This document shows, in pieces, positions 59,950 to 64,000 of a stretch of DNA of 64,000 nt. Source of the stretch: Gammaproteobacteria bacterium (GTDB taxonomy: Bacteria; Pseudomonadota; Gammaproteobacteria; Eutrophobiales; Eutrophobiaceae); contig CBDEUK010000002.1 of NCBI GenBank assembly GCA_965243205.1, positions 1,504,001 to 1,568,000 of the forward strand, written 5' to 3'. How positions within the stretch are numbered: the first letter of the stretch is position 1; each line of letters opens with the position of its first letter. The notes beneath the pieces are model-generated. The model searched no databases. It worked only from the letters and a program-made list of their open reading frames with translations, and was not told where the DNA came from. The position numbers and the translations under genes were made by a program.

Positions 59950-60738
59950 TTAGTAGATATACACTGCATTACAACTTTGTTGAGCGCCTTGAATATTCCA
60001 TATTTGCTGAGCAGCACCACCCCCAGCAGGAGGAGCACCAGCTATAGTACATTGAGGATTTGCTGCAGAATTTACATCGACAACGATACCAAATGCTCCA
60101 CCACCACCGCCAGTAGCCGCCGTACCACGCATGATGCCTGTCTGAGGTAAAGAATCGTCAATTTTTACATCCAACTCTCTCAATACATTTACAGGTATTT
60201 GTGTACCGAATGAAAAAATCAGTCTAGGTGCAGCCGCAGCACCTGCAGCTAACACATCATATTCATCAGAGGTTCCTAAAAGCACAGCTCCTTGGAAAGC
60301 ATTTACAGGTGTTGCACCTGCAGCTTGGTAACCAGCAACGCCAATTGTAGAACCAGCTGCAGCACCAAAAGCGACATTTTGTCCTGCATATAGCCCAGTA
60401 ATAAATCCTGCATTCGATAGATGATGCCAAACGTTGACTGCTTCATCTAAACTGCCTCGATCTAACTGCCCGTTTCCATTACCTCCATCTAAGTTATTCA
60501 CGCCTATCGCATTTCGGGCATTATTCTGAGGCATATCACCAGGAATAGCTCTGTAGCGATCAATAAAACCATAGTAGGCAGCTTGGATACCTGAATTTTG
60601 ATCGGCTAGGTTTCGTACTCTAGCACTGGTTATTAACTCCTGCCCTTTCAAAATACCGCCAAGTAATAGACCTATAATAACTAATACAATCGCTATTTCT
60701 ACTAAGGTAAAACCAGATTGTTTTTTTATACTAACCAT
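59950..60738 (-). CDS. Type IV pilin-like protein (prepilin N-terminal cleavage/methylation domain), Gly/Ala-rich
   Basis: KKQSG|FTLVEIAIVLVIIGLLLGG class III signal with E5; C-terminal Cys pair. Confidence 0.9.
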   Translation of the reverse strand: MVSIKKQSGFTLVEIAIVLVIIGLLLGGILKGQELITSARVRNLADQNSGIQAAYYGFIDRYRAIPGDMPQNNARNAIGVNNLDGGNGNGQLDRGSLDEAVNVWHHLSNAGFITGLYAGQNVAFGAAAGSTIGVAGYQAAGATPVNAFQGAVLLGTSDEYDVLAAGAAAAPRLIFSFGTQIPVNVLRELDVKIDDSLPQTGIMRGTAATGGGGGAFGIVVDVNSAANPQCTIAGAPPAGGGAAQQIWNIQGAQQSCNAVYIY

Positions 60739-60785
60739 ACTTTTTCTCTTTAAAAATTTATTAATAAGAACATTGCTATGCTTAT

Positions 60786-60801
60786 TGCAGTCATCATGCC
60801 A
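60786..60801 (-). promoter_or_regulatory. Sigma54 (-24/-12) promoter of the pilin gene
   Basis: TGGCATGATGACTGCA (GG-N10-GC) about 48 nt upstream of the ATG. An IHF-type AATCAATGACTTG lies immediately upstream (about 60807-60819). Confidence 0.72.
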
Positions 60802-60977
60802 GAGTACAAGTCATTGATTATTAAGTAGAAACATATTTATATATAGTCTAAACTGGCAATATTTCATCAAAAGTTGTCGAAATATCAACAGTTTTATTTT
60901 AGTTGTTTTTAAACAAACTCTTTAAAATATAACTAAACACATTGCTTTTAAGCATAGGAAAAAAAGGATATGCAAAC

Positions 60978-62252
60978 ATGCAGTTTTCCAAAATAATAAT
61001 CATTAAAGTCCTGATTATTTTTATTACCTTCTTCCTTTTTTTCAGTAACGCTGTTGGTTTGTTAGAAATGGGATGGATTACTAAACCAGATATATTTATT
61101 TCATCCAATTTTAGTAATCTCGGTGAACACTCGGTTTTGCAATTAGAAGTTTTCAGCTCACCTGAATTTTTCTGCCTTGTCATCATTGGAACAATACTAA
61201 CCTTCGTACTACCAATGCTTAATCCTGTTATGGGATCTCTACTTACTTTTGTATGCATGATTCCACCTTTCATGATGCAAATTTACGCTGATCGAGGATT
61301 GTTTTTCTCAGGCAACATGGATCCGCTTATTCCTTTGGAATATACCTTCCTAATGATTCTAGTTTTATTCGTAGTAAACAATCTGGTTTCTTTATTCACC
61401 GAAATGAGACATAAACGATTAATGCTGGAATCATTCAGTCATTTTGTTCCTCCACAAATTGCTGAGCAGATTGCTAAAGACCCTGCAAATGTCAACATGA
61501 AAGGACAAGCTAGAGAAATGACGGTTATGTTTACTGATCTCGTCAGTTTTACAGATGCATCGGAGCGTCTTAACTCGGCTCAAGTAACCTCTTTACTCAA
61601 TGCTTATTTCAATGAAATGACGGATGTAATTTATCAATTCCAAGGCACTATTGATAAATACATGGGGGATTCGATTATGGCATTTTGGAATGCTCCTATT
61701 ACTCAAACCGATCATGCAAACCGTGCTATTGAAACCTGCTTTGAAATGCATAAACGAATCGAAGAAATCTCGGCTGATTTCAAAAAAAGAGGGTGGCCAG
61801 CTCCAGAAATGAGTATTGGTATTAATACAGGCATGATGAATGTTGGCAATATGGGATCAAAATATCGAATTGCATACACGGTAATTGGTGATGCAGTAAA
61901 TACAGCTTCTAGAATTGAAAACTTAACACGGTTTTATAAAGTGCCTACCATTGTTACTAAAACAACAATGGAAAGTGCTTCTGGTTTTTTATACAGAGAA
62001 CTTGACCAAGTCGCTGTTAAAGGTAAAAAAAATAAGGTTCAAATCTATGAACCTGTATGCAAAAAAGGCGAAGCAAATGAATCTATTTTAAAGAAAATTC
62101 AAAATCATGAAATAGCTCTCAAATACTACTTTAATGGTAATTGGATTGAAGCTAGACAAAAGTTTGAGAACTTGTTATTCGATTATAGAGATGACTATTA
62201 TGAAGTAATGATTAGTATTATTGATCGTGAATATCAAATGTACTTAAGATAA
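60978..62252 (+). CDS. Class III adenylate cyclase, membrane-anchored
   Basis: About 4 TMs, then VMFTDLVSFT, IDKYMGDSIMAFWNAP and YTVIGDAVNTASRIE. Start taken at ATG 60978 (AAGGA upstream). Confidence 0.88.
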   Translation: MQFSKIIIIKVLIIFITFFLFFSNAVGLLEMGWITKPDIFISSNFSNLGEHSVLQLEVFSSPEFFCLVIIGTILTFVLPMLNPVMGSLLTFVCMIPPFMMQIYADRGLFFSGNMDPLIPLEYTFLMILVLFVVNNLVSLFTEMRHKRLMLESFSHFVPPQIAEQIAKDPANVNMKGQAREMTVMFTDLVSFTDASERLNSAQVTSLLNAYFNEMTDVIYQFQGTIDKYMGDSIMAFWNAPITQTDHANRAIETCFEMHKRIEEISADFKKRGWPAPEMSIGINTGMMNVGNMGSKYRIAYTVIGDAVNTASRIENLTRFYKVPTIVTKTTMESASGFLYRELDQVAVKGKKNKVQIYEPVCKKGEANESILKKIQNHEIALKYYFNGNWIEARQKFENLLFDYRDDYYEVMISIIDREYQMYLR

Positions 62253-62255
62253 TAT

Positions 62256-62981
62256 TTAATCTTTCAATTTCGATTCCAACTCACTTAAGCGATTATGTAA
62301 AAAACGTAATTCATGCTCATCTTTAATTTCACCAGACTCTAGGAAACCCCCTATCAATATTTTTGCACTTTCAAGCTGATCCAATTCTTCCAGTATAAAT
62401 AATTCCATTTGTGTTGCCCAAGCAGGCGCAGCATCATACGAAGTATTTTCTCTTAGAAGTTTAGCAAAACTCAAAGCCAAATCTAAATCTTTAAGTTCGT
62501 ATTTAGCTACATAAACACAATACGCCATCCATCGCCATCGTTGATTAGGCTTTTTTAAATATTCATCCTTAACAAAATCCAACATGATTTTTTTCTTAAT
62601 AGTGTTATCCACTCTAGAATAAACGCGGCTTGCAGTTAATAAGGGATATTGAGATTTATTGTCTAATGATTGAATCAGGCCCAACCACTCTTTGATAATA
62701 GAATAGTTGAGTTCCTTAAAACTTAAACTAACACCGGGTTGATTATCAAACGCTTGCAGCCATAGCATAAGTGTTTTTGAAGCAATTATGTTATCGGATA
62801 AAGCAGGTAATAAATAGTAATATGAATTAGCAGGTTTTGTTAATTGTTCAATTTTTAATTGGGGCTTTATGAAATAAAGATGAAAAATAACTTGTAGCGC
62901 TAAAAATAATACCAATCCAATAATGTAGTGTTTTGGAACATATTCAACTGGCCTTTCCCTATTAGTAGTTAGTATATACAT
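62256..62981 (-). CDS. Membrane-anchored helical hypothetical protein (pilus/ABC-associated)
   Basis: Single N-terminal TM; LWLQAFDNQPG, YPLLTASRVY and RWRWMA; co-oriented with the permease. Confidence 0.65.
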   Translation of the reverse strand: MYILTTNRERPVEYVPKHYIIGLVLFLALQVIFHLYFIKPQLKIEQLTKPANSYYYLLPALSDNIIASKTLMLWLQAFDNQPGVSLSFKELNYSIIKEWLGLIQSLDNKSQYPLLTASRVYSRVDNTIKKKIMLDFVKDEYLKKPNQRWRWMAYCVYVAKYELKDLDLALSFAKLLRENTSYDAAPAWATQMELFILEELDQLESAKILIGGFLESGEIKDEHELRFLHNRLSELESKLKD

Positions 62982-62986
62982 TTAAT

Positions 62987-63757
62987 TTAAAATTCCATTC
63001 GATACAGATCAAAAAGTGCTACAAATGAAATAAATGCGACATATATAATGCATTGAAGCATATTTAAGAAAATATCATTAAGATTAAAACTACCATAAAT
63101 TAGCCACGAAGTTTGCGCAAAATCATATAATGATGGAATAACAGTATCAATTATATCTAACGTCCAATTAATAAATTTATAAGAAAGAGTGTTCGTTTCT
63201 ATAATTGGGCTATCACTAATTAACTGGATAATTTCCATATTTCTGGAAAGGATATAAAACGACATAATACTTACAAACGAAATAACCGTTTGCTTAAATG
63301 TAAAAAAGAATAACAAACTAAGTGCTATCACGATTAATAACTCACAATAAAACGATAGACACCAATAAATGACTAGTTTCAGAGGAATATATAACGCTAG
63401 ACAAATTGCAAGAATAACTACTGCAATTAAACCAATCAACGCGTAGCCAACCAGCTTTCCAGTGTAGTACGTATGGCGTTTAATTGCGTGAGAAAATATA
63501 TGCAACATTACTTTATCATCAAACTCTCTTGTCAAACTTGTTAATATAAATAAACTCAGCACTACGACTAAAAGAATTCTGGATGAAAAACTAATCCAAG
63601 CGGTGGCAATTTCTTTACTTTCAGTAATTGCGATTTCAGAGATAAATTCTGCTATTCCTAATAACAAAAGCAAGCCTATAATAAGGAATAATAAGTTTTT
63701 ATTTCGAACACTTTCTATGACAGTATATTTAGCAATGGCAAAAGAACTATTTTTCAT
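62987..63757 (-). CDS. ABC-2-type transporter permease (PilI-like)
   Basis: IAKYTVIESVRNK, REFDDK..IFSHAIKRHTYYTGKLVG, about 6 TMs, and C-terminal DLYRMEF. Confidence 0.8.
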   Translation of the reverse strand: MKNSSFAIAKYTVIESVRNKNLLFLIIGLLLLLGIAEFISEIAITESKEIATAWISFSSRILLVVVLSLFILTSLTREFDDKVMLHIFSHAIKRHTYYTGKLVGYALIGLIAVVILAICLALYIPLKLVIYWCLSFYCELLIVIALSLLFFFTFKQTVISFVSIMSFYILSRNMEIIQLISDSPIIETNTLSYKFINWTLDIIDTVIPSLYDFAQTSWLIYGSFNLNDIFLNMLQCIIYVAFISFVALFDLYRMEF

Positions 63758-63797
63758 TATCTAATCCGATTCGCTCAATTTTCTAAATTATAACGGT

Positions 63798-64000
63798 ATG
63801 AATAATAAGAAAACAAATTCTCGTTTTACATTACAAACCATTAGCCTAGTTCTAATGCTAGAACTATTACATTTAGCCGTTTGGTTTGATTTTGGAAGCT
63901 TAATTTCAAAATCGCTTTTCTTAGCTCATTTTGGATTTTTCTTAATATGGCAACCAATCTGGCAGCAAAGTAAAAGCTTCACACTTGTAAATACCTCGGT
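63798..64000 (+). CDS. Membrane protein, N-terminal fragment (runs off the window edge)
   Basis: Manual translation MNNKKTNSRFTLQTISLVLMLELLHLAVWFDFGSLISKSLFLAHFGFFLIWQPIWQQ..., open to the end of the window. Confidence 0.6.
   Translation, partial: MNNKKTNSRFTLQTISLVLMLELLHLAVWFDFGSLISKSLFLAHFGFFLIWQPIWQQSKSFTLVNTS

Noticed and set aside
60000-60380. GCAGCACC / CCACCACC short repeats
   Set aside because: They encode Ala/Gly-rich pilin loops and have no regular spacer period, so they are not CRISPR or a VNTR.
60899-61273. 124-aa minus-strand ORF upstream of the pilin
   Set aside because: Antisense to the TM-coding part of the adenylate cyclase, with no motif support.
1-64000. CRISPR arrays, rRNA, transposases, toxin-antitoxin or restriction systems
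   Set aside because: None recognised by eye; intergenic regions are short and lack periodic repeats.

Overview
A low-GC (roughly 35% by eye, not computed) gammaproteobacterial chromosomal segment made mostly of core genes: aroKB, dgt, pilMNOPQ, mrcA, priA, argS, thiSG-trmB, cysQ, tRNA-Phe, yggX-mutY-asmA, argH-algZR, gshA, rsmE, hspQ and rsd. Several accessory modules are interspersed. (1) A GbsR-family-regulated bo3-type quinol oxidase operon carries SCO and an MFS gene where cyoE normally sits. (2) A very long, divergent glutamate synthase large-subunit gene (1806 aa) is followed by a CysJ-like diflavin reductase instead of gltD; this is the best candidate for an undescribed enzyme system. 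(3) An AT-rich four-gene module (NarL-type regulator, TonB-dependent receptor, orphan solute-binding protein, hybrid histidine kinase) looks like a trans-envelope sensing relay. (4) An aspartate-less receiver is paired with an MBL-fold hydrolase. (5) A sigma54-driven Gly/Ala-rich type IV pilin lies inside a split ABC-transporter cluster with an oppositely oriented class III adenylate cyclase. No CRISPR array, rRNA, transposase or integrase was seen. All assignments come from motif recognition by eye; no database searches were run.
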